Assembly (NCBI GenBank): GCA_010093705.1
Contig: MU006097.1
Span: 197,905-261,904, forward strand
Direction of reading: 5' to 3'
Length of the DNA stretch: 64,000 bases
DNA from: Patellaria atrata CBS 101060
Taxonomy: Eukaryota
Each line of letters starts with the position of its first letter. Positions within the stretch are counted from its first letter, which is position 1. The position numbers and the translations under genes are program-made. The notes under the pieces were generated by a model. It ran no database searches and was not told the DNA's origin. It was given only the letters and a program-made list of their open reading frames with translations. Positions 1-12,284 of the stretch are shown in pieces.

Positions 1-47
1 TATATTTTCGGAATGAACTGAGGCATATGCTGACAATGGGAACGCAG

Positions 48-808
48 CTCGGGCGATTCAAAAAGAACTATTAGAAGACTTCGCAAACAAATCCGATCTG
101 TCCAACTGGTTCAATAGGGTACGTATCAGTCACTACGTCACATTCCGGCTATACCATACTAACACACAACGCAGGAAGACTCGGCATCCTCGTCTATACC
201 GAAGAAACCGAACCCAGTAAACGTAAAACACGCACAAATGCTCCAAAACCTGGAGCAAGAAGTCAAACGGTCCGCAGCCCTTCTATGCCCTTGTACAACA
301 ACACACAATTCTAACACCAAACAGCCTCCAAGACGAAAAAGAAGCCTGGCAACGCATCCTAGGAGACTCCCAATCCATCCCTCCCCTCCCATCTGAACCC
401 CCCTCCACCTCAAACACAACCCCTCATATCGATCCCTCCTTACTCGACCCCTCCCAAGCCGCCATCCTAACCTCCCTATCCAACCTCCACGTCTACCCTC
501 CACTATCACCCGACCCCTCAACCGACCGACCATCACAACCCGCACCCTCGATATCCAAAACAGCCCTCGAGACCCGCCTCACGACCCTAACAACGACTCT
601 CGAACCCACCCTCGACATCTTCGCAGACGGCGTCCATCATCTAACTCAATACCGCGTCGCGGCCGAGCGCGTCGCAACCCGCGTCCTGGCCTCCGCGGCC
701 GAGAAACTAGAACGGCGGGACAGAGCCGGGAGAAAGGTGGCTGGCAGCGAAGACGTCGGCGTCGGGGACGTGCTTGTGGGGTTGGGGAGGGTGTTGGGGG
801 AGAGGTAA
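48..808 (+). CDS. 3' part of Dsn1/Mis13-like kinetochore (Mis12/MIND complex) subunit; gene starts left of the window
   Basis: Hand-spliced exons read RAIQKELLEDFANKSDLSNWFNR / EDSASSSIPKKPNPVNVKHAQMLQNLEQEVKR / LQDEKEAWQ...LEPTLDIFADGVHHLTQYRVAAERVATRVLASAAEKLERRD...; short GT-AG introns with CTAAC branch sites; TAA at 806-808. Resembles fungal Mis13/Dsn1 C-terminal region from memory. Confidence 0.7.
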
Positions 809-1357
809 CTCGGCTGTTGTGTGTGTGTGGGCTGAGATGGGCTGTTATGAATTGATTTTTTTTTAGAACTCTGCGTGTTGCGGGGTGGGGATACTGGGTT
901 TGGATTGGATCTGAGGCTCTCATGTGGCGTTTTTTTTTTTTTTTTGGTTGCTTAGTCTCGTCATGGACATCGAGGATGTTGAAGTTGTCATTTCCTTCCT
1001 CTTACTTCTTGCGTTGGTGCGGGAGTCGGCGTAGCATGGATGGCAGAGCATGGGGAGACGTGTGCATATGGGCGTTCCTCCTCTCCGTGGCTGGGGATAT
1101 CATCGTGTCGGGTGCTTCTTTCTTTTCTTCGGTTCCCTTTTTTTGAACTATATACGCCGATTATGTCGTCTATGCCATAACAGTCGAAGGGAGTGTCTGC
1201 AAATTAAATCACAACTTCACTGTCTCTCTAAATCTCCCACGTCCTGACAAACATCGAACATCAAACGCCTACGAACCTTCATAGAGACCACCACAACCCG
1301 TCATTTTCTTCGCTCTCTTACCCTTTCCTCACGAATTCCGTAGACTTCCTGATAGCC

Positions 1358-3306
1358 TCACACCCTAACCCCCCAAACACACAACCGCCCCATGCCCTCC
1401 GCGCCCCCAACCCACGCAAAGCAAACCGTAACTCTCAGAAACAGCAGCCGCGCTTCTAGGTACCGCAGCACCTCGGCGCTCGAGTTGACCAGCTGCTCCG
1501 GTGAGCGTCCGAGGAGCTGCGCCCACGCGGTCGGGGAGAGGATCAGTTTCCCCGCTGCCGTCGTGGCGGTTTCGTCAACGAGGGGGCCGAGCTGTGGGGT
1601 GTGAGGGGTGGTTGAGGGTATGGAGAGGGGAAGTATGGAAAAAGGGGGCGCTTACGAGACGGGGGTTCGTGCTTAGGGGTACGGGGCGCTCGCATTGTTT
1701 GCACGTTGCTGTGGTTGCGTTTGCGTAGAGGGGCACGCCGCAGCTACGGGGTCGGTTAGGGGGGTTGAACATAAGTGAGGGAAGGAGGGTGGAGGCGATC
1801 GGTACCATTCGGTGCACATGAGCATGTTGCGGCGGTGGAGAGACATGATGTTGAGTTCCATTATGATGGTGCTGAGGTAGCCTGTGAAGGTTTCTAACCG
1901 AATGAGCGTGTGTGGTGAGGGGTTGGGGAGTTAGGGTATCTTACCACCGGGGGCGGCTCTAATACTATGAGGAATTAGGAAGAGACTCCCCTTGTTGAGA
2001 TATGACGGGGATGACTTACAACTCATCCACCTCTGCAAGTGTATACAAAACACGAATAGGGGAAGTTTTTGCCGCTTCGATATCGAAAGCTTATTGTTAT
2101 ATCAGAAAATATGCTCCCCGGTGTGATCCATATTTCACTAACCGCCTTCAGGGAAAGGAGGGTTGATATGATCCCGTTTCGTCAACCGTTGTGCAAATGC
2201 TCGAAGCCATTCCGCGTCCGTCATACTAGGATCGAGATCGACATAGGTATTCGCAGTCAAAGAGATCCACGCTCGTCGTTCGATCCTCCAACCGGGATTC
2301 GATATGAGAAGGACGGTAGAAGAAACTTGCCATGGTGACACTGAGTTGACGGCAGATCCCCAGAGTGTGAGTGTTGCTTCGGCGGTGTCATCGAAGACGA
2401 TTACATTGACGAGCTCTAAAGTTGTTCCTTTTTTGTTGTTTACTTGTATCGGTTAGTTCTCGTAATACTCTAGAATTAAAATATCCGATGGAACTAGGCT
2501 TCACAGAAATAGGGTGATGACGGAAGCTGGGTCTGAATCTGGGCAACACCTACGTTTCTTCCTGGCCCCTATACTCTTTACACAAACAAGTATTCTGCTA
2601 TCAGAAACATCATATCCTCCCTGAATGAAGTTATTGAGCGTCATGAGCCCAGTTAGCTCATGTCCATCACGATATCCGAGTGGAGTCTTGCACAAGATTC
2701 CGTCGTCACTGTTCTCATGAATCATGATGTGACAACACCGATCTCTCTCTGGAAAGATGCTGGTATACAATGGAGCAGTTGGGAGCGCTAGAGAACCTGC
2801 TTCACTATTTGAGATGTGAGGCGTCCATATCGTGACTAGGTGTCCGAGACGAAGCTGGTACTGCATGTTTGCGTACCACAACTTGACCTAGTTCAAAGTC
2901 ATCACAAAATCGTTCATCAATGTTGATAAGAAATAATGGTCTCCGTTGGGTGATAGAAAGATCTATTTACCATCGTGGCACCCGTATCATCTCTCACCAT
3001 AAGCTTGATACATCCCTTAGCAGCCTGTGCCATCTTACTGGAGCTCGTCTGGTCAAAGAGATTCACAACACGACCCATGAAGGTTACACATCTCGGACCG
3101 GTTTGGAGAGCAGATATTTCTAGTTCCTCGTATTCCTTGGGAGGAGTCCAAAACTGATTGACTGAAGGGCTCAAGATAGCATTAACTTCTTCTGTGGTGA
3201 ACCCATCGCCCACCTGAGCACTCGTAGACTTAATGGTCTTCTGAGGGGGGGACGAGGATTTGGTACTTTGAAAGAATGACTGAATAGAGGGGAACTGCGG
3301 AGGCAT
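1358..3306 (-). CDS. Multi-exon OB-fold ssDNA-binding protein with C-terminal Cys4 motif, MEIOB/RPA1-like
   Basis: ATG 3306 (MPPQFPSIQSFF); exons give VTFMGRVVNLFD, ILVCVKSIGARKK, VIVFDDTAEATLTLWG...PWQVSSTVLLISNP, YVDLDPSMTDAEWL, CCGVPLYANATTATCKQC, LGPLVDETAT; stop TGA 1358-1360; about 7 GT-AG introns. Confidence 0.75.
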
Positions 3307-3729
3307 TTTGCGATAAGAATTCAATGATGGATCATACAAGCATATATTTGGGATGGAGGAATATGTCACTACAGTTGTAGGAGCGTGGAACATCGTAAAG
3401 ATACGGGAGCCGTTAAGCTTGAGATGGTATAACTTTCCCCTTTCGATGTGTTCTAACCGGGCAGGTGCCCTGGGCTTGAAATCTCAAAAGGGAAGTGACC
3501 CATCGATAAAACGGTAAGATATGCCAGGTCACACAAGCCAATGAAATTAGTTGCACTCTGAATGATTATTTTGAATATTGTATTATATTAGATTGACTGA
3601 TCAAGGAAGGAATGTAGTTGGTATACTCCGATTAGAGAAACCCAGGTGAAGAAGCCAGATCAGTTCCCTACAATCGAGAGAGACCGGCGACACTGGGATT
3701 TGTGCATACTCCGATAATAGGGAAATTTC

Positions 3730-5395
3730 CTAGAAGAGCTTGTGCTCAAGGGTCATGTCCGATTCTGGCTCAAGACCAACGCAAGCACGGAAGATGTTAG
3801 TGAGAGCGTTACGCTGCTTGGCAAGAGCATTGACGACTGGGGTACCGGAGGGGGTAAGGGGTGCTTTGAGCATATAGCTCAGGACACTGAGGACACTGTG
3901 GAAATTACCGTAATCGGTATTCTCCTCTTCGGACTCAGACTTCCATTGGATACGAGTCATCATCTCAGCGACGACAACAAGATCAATGATCAGAGGCGAT
4001 GCCAAAAGAGAATCCTCGCAGATGTTGAACAAGCTGATAGTCTGATGACCACCCATAAAGATCTCAGCATAGTACTCATCTAGAGCACGCTTGTTGTCAC
4101 CAACTGCGGGCATGTACTTGATGACAACCGTGTGATCTGGATGCTCGCCTTCCTTGTAAAGGACGGTGTTGGCTGCGACCATGTCGTCGACGACGTTGGA
4201 CTTGGAAATCTCCTTGGAGCGGAACTGCTTCTGCGAGCTCAAGTTCATGCCATCGTTGTTACCAAGATGGTTGTAGCTCGCAATCGAGGTGAGTTTGATA
4301 CCAGCGTTGATGAGGAAGTCCACGAGAGCGGACTTCATCTTGGTCTGACCAGACTTGAAATCGTCTCCGCCAACGAATGCTCCATGCTTCTCAGCGAGCT
4401 GGATAGCGCCGGGGACGAATGTATTCTGAGGAGAACCGTTGATGAAAGGAACCTTGTCCAGAATACATGCTACGGCGAAAACAGTTGAGGGAGAAACCTC
4501 TTCATGGCCCTCCTCAATGGACTTGAGAAGATTATCAGCAGTGTCGTTGACGCCCTCGATGATGTCAGCGTAACGCTCAGTGTTAGCGGTCCACTGGACA
4601 ATGACTTTGTCGAGCCCATTGTTCTCCTTGAACTCCCTAATAATGGTGTCAGTAACTGATAATGAACTTTTTGGAGAGGAAGGATTACCGAATATCCTTG
4701 CGGATCTGTTCAACGTGAGCCATGGAAGCCTTAGATCCAGGGATCAAATTGTCCGCACGACCCTCCTGATTGGCGGCAATGAAGTCTGGATAGTAGATAC
4801 TGGGAAGTGGGACCATGGAGGCCATCTCCTTCCTAACCTGATACTTCAGAGTGGGATCCAAGACAGCAGCCCTGTCCATAGCTTCAGCAAGGTTCATCTT
4901 GGAGATATCCCAACCGCCAACGACGAGATCATTTGGATGGACCATAGGAAGGAGGTCGTGGAAAGGTATGTTGATCTCTTTTCCGGTCTTTGAATCAGTA
5001 CCGAGCTTGACTGTTGAGCTCATGACTACGGAGCCATAATAGTTGGAAGCACATTCGCCCTCACGAGTTTCCCACTTGAGCCCGCGGCGGTTAGCCATGA
5101 TACCAGCTGTGACAGTGGTACCATTGTTTCCACCCCAGCCAATAAGCATGACGCCGACCTTGGGCACTTTACGGTTCACCTTGAAGTTGTAGATTGTTTC
5201 CTTTGGCGTGGCGGTATACTTGCCATTACCATCCTTAGTTACGGATGTAGTACGATAAGTGTACTTGCTCCTGATCTCCTCGTCGGTGTAGGTCACATTT
5301 GGAGAGTTGACAATGAAGAGATCATTGTTGGATGAGGTGCTTGCAACACCGTTCCCGTTCGCATAGCCGACGCTATCGTTTGCGTGAGGTGCCAT
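3730..5395 (-). CDS. INO1: Myo-inositol-1-phosphate synthase
   Basis: ATG 5395 (MAPHAND); hallmark motifs [37 protein letters not shown]-terminal LEHKLF; one 52-nt intron 4637-4688 joins the two ORF-track pieces in frame. Confidence 0.98.
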
Positions 5396-5441
5396 ATTGA
5401 GATGTGGTTGAAGTTTTGCGTTTACGTTAGGCGGCAACGAT

Positions 5442-5628
5442 TTATTTTACGTATTTCGGCCCCGATGCTCCTCCTGAAGGGGAAGTGCGTCGGCCTGCGA
5501 ACGGGTGGTGCACACTGAAAAAACACATGTTAGACTTGATCACGGAATTGGCCAATTGATATAGGAATTGCATGGAGGTCGCTTATATGAGAAGTGTACA
5601 CGTACGAGTTCAAGAGATTGGAAAACGT
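5442..5628 (-). CDS. Candidate near-cognate (ACG)-initiated spliced uORF in the INO1 leader, 31 aa
   Basis: GTCAAG-ACG-T start context; exon 5628-5606 + exon 5514-5442 = 96 nt, open, ending TAA; intron 5515-5605 has GTACGT...CTAAC...TTTCAG. Confidence 0.6.
5515..5605 (-). other. 5' leader intron of INO1 (91 nt)
   Basis: GTACGT donor, TCTAAC branch site, T-tract and CAG acceptor between the TATA box and the INO1 ATG. Confidence 0.85.
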
Positions 5629-5781
5629 CTTGACAACGGGGCAATGGCCCTGGTAGAACTGTTCAGAGGTGGATTTGAAATTGCCTTGTGTGTTGAGCTG
5701 AGTCCTGTCAGAAGAATCGTCTGTCAAAGTTTGTTGTTGAAGTTTTTCGGGGGTGCGAGGGGGGCAGAGGGGGGCATGTGA

Positions 5782-5789
5782 TATTTATA
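5782..5789 (-). promoter_or_regulatory. TATA box of INO1
   Basis: TATAAATA on minus strand followed by a C-rich tract and a CAA-rich start region. Confidence 0.65.
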
Positions 5790-8359
5790 CTCACGAAGTG
5801 CCCCTCCGTCCTTCCTACACAAAAAGATAAGGGGTAATTTACCAAAGATCCGCCGCAACCCGCAACTAACTATCACAGTAGTGTTTGCGAGGCCAGTCAC
5901 CGCTTCTCTGCATCTCAAGGAGCTAGAGCATAGCGTAGAGAAAGTAAATGGAGCCAACACAGTCGTTGGATGCGTTCCAGCTCCATGTACGCGCCTTCTC
6001 GAACCCCCCTACCCCTCCTACCCCACTGTTCATGCCGGGTATCGACATGACATCCACCATAACTTATGTCAAAACACTCCGTAGACACCTAAGGATAGCA
6101 AATCTAAGATGGTGTATGGTAGACTCACATGGACGATTGTGCAATTGTCGACTATGCGGGGTGTTGATAAGCTTGCAGCCTCCACTTGTTCTCGTCTCCT
6201 GAATGATATGATATTGAGGAGATGGTCTGAGGATGACAACTTTTTCTGTCATAGTTTCAGCATTGTAATCCTTGTGCTCGATTTTCCACCACACTATTTC
6301 TTCCCGGGCACGATTAGTTGGCGTTTGTCGAACCTTAGATACCATGGTGAAGTCCTCAAGTCCCAGGCGTAGTGTCCCGTGGGTTGTTCAATCTATTCCT
6401 GCTAGATTGTGTGTGAAGTGCTGTACAGTACGTGGGTACCTAAAGCTCGGCGTCGATCGGCTGCAAAATCCCTAGTAAAATCCTTTTCGACGTGTCTTTG
6501 CGACTGGGTACTTGTGCAGCTAGAAGGTCTTGAAGAGAGTCGAGAACTATGATATGATCTATCGCACATGGGGATAGTGATAGCTTTTTACGTAACTATG
6601 GTTCTCTACGAGTCGGCCCTTTCGTTGCTCTTTCTCTAGTTTTCAACAGCAAAATTGCCTCTCCATGTTGGCCACCAAGACTTCGTGATACACCATCGGT
6701 CCCGGATCGGACCGCAGATGTCGTATACCGAAAAAAGGGTTCAGCGTTTCACAATGCACTCCAGTTTGCAGCATGCACGTAGACCCTGAAGAAGTGAAGA
6801 TGGGGTCTGTTGACTGTAAAAGAATATCATCATAACATAGTTCTCACTGTCACTATGGTGACCATCTCACAAATGATGTTTGGAAAGGAGGGAAGCCTTG
6901 GAGCAAGATCTCACATGATACGAGTTGTACAGTACTCTTGCATTTCTGAAAAGTACGGAGTATCAGAAGTTCAGAACAGCTTCACCAATCATAACAATGC
7001 AACTCGACAAATGATGGCTACAGATTGTTCAAATAATTTGAGTAGTTTGCTAGCTTGATCCCGGATGTCCGTCGGTATTTTTAATTATTTTGAACATAAT
7101 TAAGGGCGGCACGACTGCTTTGACCTTATGAAGTTGTGGCTTCTTGAACTTCCCAAAGCGGCGATAGATCATCAGGGACATCGCGTAAATAATTGGGTGG
7201 CATATCGAATCGAATGCCGAGAGGAACGTTATGTCGTTATTGGCCGCCCATGACTCTCATTTTGCTAATCGCCCTCCAAACCTCAAGTTAGGGCATCATA
7301 CTGGTGGTACCTTAGGTAGGCGTTCTTTTAGGCTCTCTGCCGTGCGCGGTATCCCCTATTCTTCCACTTTGGTACGCTACACCAATTGTCAACAGGATGA
7401 GAGCTACGAAATAGCGACGTAAGAGATCTCTAAAGTCAGGTATAGAAAAAAACCCTGTGTCTCTTGATGTTGTTGTGGTGTAACGGCTAGAGTAGTGAAC
7501 TGTTCCCTGTCGTATCTGTATACTCCACACTTGATACTTCGCCTGTGTTTCAGAGGCCTGCAGAAATTGTAGAATATACCATCGGTCTTTAGCTGCAAAG
7601 AGCCAAAGTGGCATCGAGGAGAAGCCACAAGTCTGTGCACAAACTGAGAACGGTCTGAAGGATGATCAAAGATCTTGTCTAGATATACCCAAGAGGAGGT
7701 TAAGGGCCTAGCGAATCCCTCGTTGACCCTTTTGGGGGCCCTGGCATGGCGGATGGATGGTGATAACAGAGCTGATCTCCTGCTAGACTGATGGGGCCAA
7801 CTTCAGGACTGTGTGCCTTTGTATCGTCTTTCGAAGCACGACATCTACGCATTTCCCTGCTCTTTACCCTGGGAAATCGAAGACGCTGAATGTTGATGAA
7901 CTTCATGTTCGGCGTTCTCATCGCAGCTTGTTGATCTTCATTATTCCTTTTCGAGAAGCTCACACAGCTGTTCCAATCACATAATTGCGCGTTTTTCTTT
8001 GTCTTCCGTATGGTCAGGGGCCGATACAGACAAGCCAGTCATTTCGCAAGTCGGCTCGGTCAGCCATACACCGCACCCCTCAGTCTTAAGGGACGAGCAA
8101 ACCAAACATCGAGCGCCTAACACTTCCGTTGTCACAAGGTGTGATCCTTTTGTTAAGGCATCAAGTTGTTGGTTCTTGTCGATTAGAACCAACATCGCAG
8201 TCTCTTACACATCTTGGAAATCTGTTACCGTGAGCTCATGCAACGCGACGACGGACATATGAAAGAATACAGATCCCCTACTTTGTGGCGTGTAATCGAA
8301 CAATTGTGACGGAGGACGGACTTCGAGCTGGTATATTCCAAGACCAGAAGGAAAAAATC

Positions 8360-10731
8360 ATGTCGGATACAATGAGGCCGGCAAGCGTTTTGCCTGCAAT
8401 TAAATGCTCAGATTGCGGCGCTGAGATTGAAATCGCTCTGATGGGTGAACACATTTGCGCTCCTCAAAGTACAGGTACGTTCGAGCTGTCCGGAAACCCG
8501 CAACCACCAAATTGACCCATATACAGAAGCGAAAACAACAACTAGCAGGTGGAATTTTGCGAAAACAGCAACTTTAGCCAATGGATTCTTGAATTCTGCT
8601 CGACCGACACCACCTCCGAGGATAGATTCCTCTGCTGCAAGTATGTTGTGCTGGTTCGTAGGTCGTGTGTTGTGCAAGCTGATCGGAATGCAGATAAACC
8701 TTTTACCTCAGATGAGCAATTGACACCTGCAAGTTCAAGCAGCAACTACTCCAAGACCCTCTCACCATCACCCATGTTCTCCACTTATGCGCAGAAATCA
8801 CCCAAACCCGGTGCATTACCGAAGAGTGCGAAGGACCAAAGGCCGCTTTCTCCTCCGTCTCCAGATCTTCCCTCAAACCTTGATTGCGCATTTCCCCCTT
8901 TTCCAACAGCTTCTAGGAGTGGTACACCCGCCGGGATGAAGAGTAGGCCCAAAGATAAACCGGAAAGACTAGGAACGCCCTTGAATTATAACCAACTAGA
9001 TTCTTCTCTTGCTCCTGTTAGCCCAAGGATGACTGGTGGTGAGAGCGTGATGAGGAGGATGAACACAATTGCGCCAGGCCCTTTTGATCGGCGGAGGGAA
9101 AAGATGTTGGAAGGGAAAGGGTCGGAAGAACTAGGACACAAGAGAACGCCAACATTAAAGAGTATCCAGGATCGTAGCGGTACAGGACACATTCAAAGGC
9201 CATCAACAGCATCAGAGTTATCTCGGAGCTCAACGTATGCTGCTGGAACCCGAGAATATCCAAGGAAGTCAAGCAAAGACAATATAGACTTTGACAAGGA
9301 CAAACTTGGTCTTCCAAACCCCCGTCCAGGGCCACCACCAAGACCCGTTAGGACAGACTCTATTGATGGATTTATACAGCAACTGCAGGACGAGGGAAGA
9401 AGGCTTTCTCCAGAGCCCTTGAATTCGGACGGCCGTTCTCGAACCTTTCCCCAGAGGAAAGAAAGCAGCGATGAGGTGGCAAGACCTTTACCAGCTGCTC
9501 GTAGACCTTCTGAACCATCATCAGAGAGCCGCCTTACCATTGATGAAGCATTGTCGAGTTCCCTTCCTAGTCCCAAGTATGGCACATCTTTGGGGAGCAA
9601 AGCATCATTTCCCAACCTCCTTTCCATTCGGAAATCATCACAAAACAGCTCTGGAGACAGAAGTAAACCTCTACCCGCACCAGCGCCGTTGCATGTACAA
9701 CAGCTTAGAACTTTCCACAATCCTACCGGTTCTGCATCATCCGACGATTCATCCTATGTATCGGATGCTCGAAGCTTTAGTTCCGTGTCCACTCCCCCAC
9801 CATCAGAATCCTCGAGCCTAGGCCGGAGGCCGTCGAGACCTAACTTTGATACGTCACCTCAGAAACTCAAAGAGAGTGAAAAGGCCAACTCGGCTCTTCT
9901 CACCGATCTGCTATCACTACCAGCTAATATTAACCGGAAAAACACCCCTGAACCGCTTGTTCAACCACCTCAAATTAGGGCCTTCTCGGAAGTACCTGAA
10001 TCACCAATGGATCCTGCCATCCAAAGAGGACTTTTCAGTCAACGGAGACCTTCTAGAGATGCGGTTCCACCTATTCCACGAATGTCCGAGAAACGAACTA
10101 TTTCAAGTGTCCCTGAGCAACCAGCCATACCAGCCGTCCCAACCGCTCCTAAACAGCTTCCCACACCTCCACCTGAACCTGCAAGATCCCTAACACCTAA
10201 AGCCGCAGACTCTCTGAATAGACGACCTACCACAGCACGAGCCAAATGCAGAGGGTGCAACGAAGTTATCATAGGCAAATCTGTTAAGGCAGCCGATGGT
10301 CGGTTAACAGGCCGGTATCATAAGCAATGTAAGCTATTCTCACTCGCAACAACATGACTCCAACACTAATTCCTACCTTTTTAGGCTTCGTCTGTAAAAC
10401 CTGCCGACAACCATTCGCGACAGCCGATTTCTACGTCATCAACAACTTCCCCTACTGCGGGCAGCATTATCACCAACTCAACGGCTCCCTTTGCCAGTCA
10501 TGCAACACCGGCATTGAAGGACCTTACTTAGAAACAGATCACAAGCAGAAATTCCATCCGAATTGCTTCAGCTGCAGTCAGTGCAGGAAGGTTCTTAGCG
10601 ACGACTATTATGAAATAGGTGGTCGTCCCTTCTGTGAACGGCACGCATTTGCCGCAGCTTCCCGAAACAACTACCCCGGAGCCGGGAGAAGAAATATGGA
10701 GAGGCGAACCACGAGATTAATGATGATGTGA
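8360..10731 (+). CDS. LIM-domain protein (N-terminal CxxC...HxC motif, long Ser/Pro-rich middle, two C-terminal LIM domains)
   Basis: ATG 8360 (MSDTMRP..KCSDC..GEHIC); introns 8475-8526, 8641-8693, 10329-10384 keep frame; CRGC...YHKQCFVCKTC...CGQH and CQSC...FHPNCFSCSQC...CERH LIM patterns. Confidence 0.85.
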
Positions 10732-11427
10732 ACCTAAACATTCTCATCTTTTCCTTTTCCTCAAACCTACTAACTTTGTAATTTCACGTCTCTCTCATCT
10801 TTTATATCCCTCATTACCTACCTTAACTAATTTTTACCCTCCTGCGAGCGCTGTGCGCCATACCTCCCATACCTCCCATATGCTTTTCCCCCCATCTAGT
10901 AGTTTCATATTTCACTTCGCACTGGTTCTATTCAGCGTGCATACGGCCTTGGTGGTCGTAAGGTGGTGTTTTCCTTTTTTTTTTTTTTTGATGACCAATT
11001 CGCTTGAGCGGTTTACCATTGCTGCATTTGATGCACTTGCAGGCAGGAAGTTTGGATTTGTTATACCCCTTCGTTGTTAAGGATGGCTGAGGAAAACTTC
11101 CTCTTTATACCCTTTTTTAGCATTAGTGCGAGATATACTGTTTTGCATTACTTTGCACTTGGATCGTTATGTTTCTGTCGGAATGTATAGTAGAGTAGTT
11201 GGGTTTTCTTTAAAGAATGTAGGATAGGTTAGTTAGCCAGCGCAATACTTTAGAGAGTACGCTGAGATCTAGCAAACAAGAAGAATTTACACTCAAATAT
11301 CAAGGTTACTTTGAATATGAGGTTAAAAGATGGTATATTGTACAGAGTCTATTGCTGCCACATATAAACAAAGGGTCCCTTTCGTCTGATCACTCGTTCC
11401 ACGACCAAAACCTTGTCAGTGGCTCTA

Positions 11428-11950
11428 TTATTCTGCCTCCTCTGCAAATTCCTGGTGGCCCGCTTTCGAGTTCAGATAATCGTTCCTACGTCAAGTGTTA
11501 ATCTCAGATAATCCCAATACAATCCAGCCTTTCCCATCCGACTACATCCCTATAACCTCCAAAAAAAGAACAGCATTATAGAAGCATCTAGCATACCTCT
11601 CAATGGCCCACGACATTATTGCATACGCCGCCACCATCGGAGGTGCCCAATACAAGATCTGACCTGCGGTCCGACGACCGACATTGAAGAACGCTGCGTG
11701 AAGTGTTCCAGCGAGCGGACGCTGTCGATTCTGTGCGAGACCGTAGGTTGTCACGCCTTTTTGAGGTGGGGAGCCTAGGTTTCCCCACCATCCCATATAC
11801 CTGCGAATGGGTATTAGCATAGGAATTAGGAGGTAATTGACTTATACTCGGAATGAGAAGTATTGATGGAGTTGAAGGGCTCATGGAGCTTTGTTCCGGA
11901 AAAAGGTGTACATACACGCCTGGGACCTTTCCGCCGCCGCCGCCACCCAT
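11428..11950 (-). CDS. QCR8: Cytochrome bc1 complex subunit 8
   Basis: MGGGGGGKVPGV/YMGWWGNLGSPPQKGVTTYGLAQNRQRPLAG...WAIER/NDYLNSKAG; introns 11801-11915 and 11486-11596. Confidence 0.93.
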
Positions 11951-12284
11951 TGTCTCGGTTTATCAAGAATCGATTGGGACTTTTGCAATTGAAGTATAGA
12001 GGTATCGCGGGAGGATCGTTGAAGCTGGCGATTGAGTATGCGGGTAAGGTTTATGGCTTTGGTCCGGCTTTGATGTCGAGGTTGGAGATGGGAAGATATG
12101 TAGCTTGGCACGCCTTACCCAATCAGTAGCTTCGAATTTCTGTAAAGGCCATCACTTTGACTTTAGAAACTTGAGGAAAGGACGTCGTATCCTCATATCC
12201 CCCATTCAGCTCATTCTCTGCAGGCCATTTCTCTTGCTCTCTCGTTTATCTTGCTATCTCTCAAGCGTCTTACACACCCTCGAA
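11951..12284. promoter_or_regulatory. Compact bidirectional promoter between QCR8 and PHB1 with a central CCAAT
   Basis: 334 nt between divergent start codons; CCAATCA at about 12119-12125. Confidence 0.5.

Noticed and set aside
5396..5437. TTG-initiated N-terminal extension of INO1 suggested by the ORF track
   Set aside because: Only 14 codons, poor context, and the ATG at 5395 gives the usual MAPH start.
5775..5784. CATGTGATAT, one mismatch from yeast UAS-INO (CATGTGAAAT)
   Set aside because: Single imperfect copy overlapping and downstream of the TATA box; cannot be told from chance without comparative data.
5800..8300. Hidden gene or RNA in the 2.5-kb INO1-LIM intergenic region
   Set aside because: Only short ORFs without recognisable motifs and no tRNA- or snRNA-like sequence seen.
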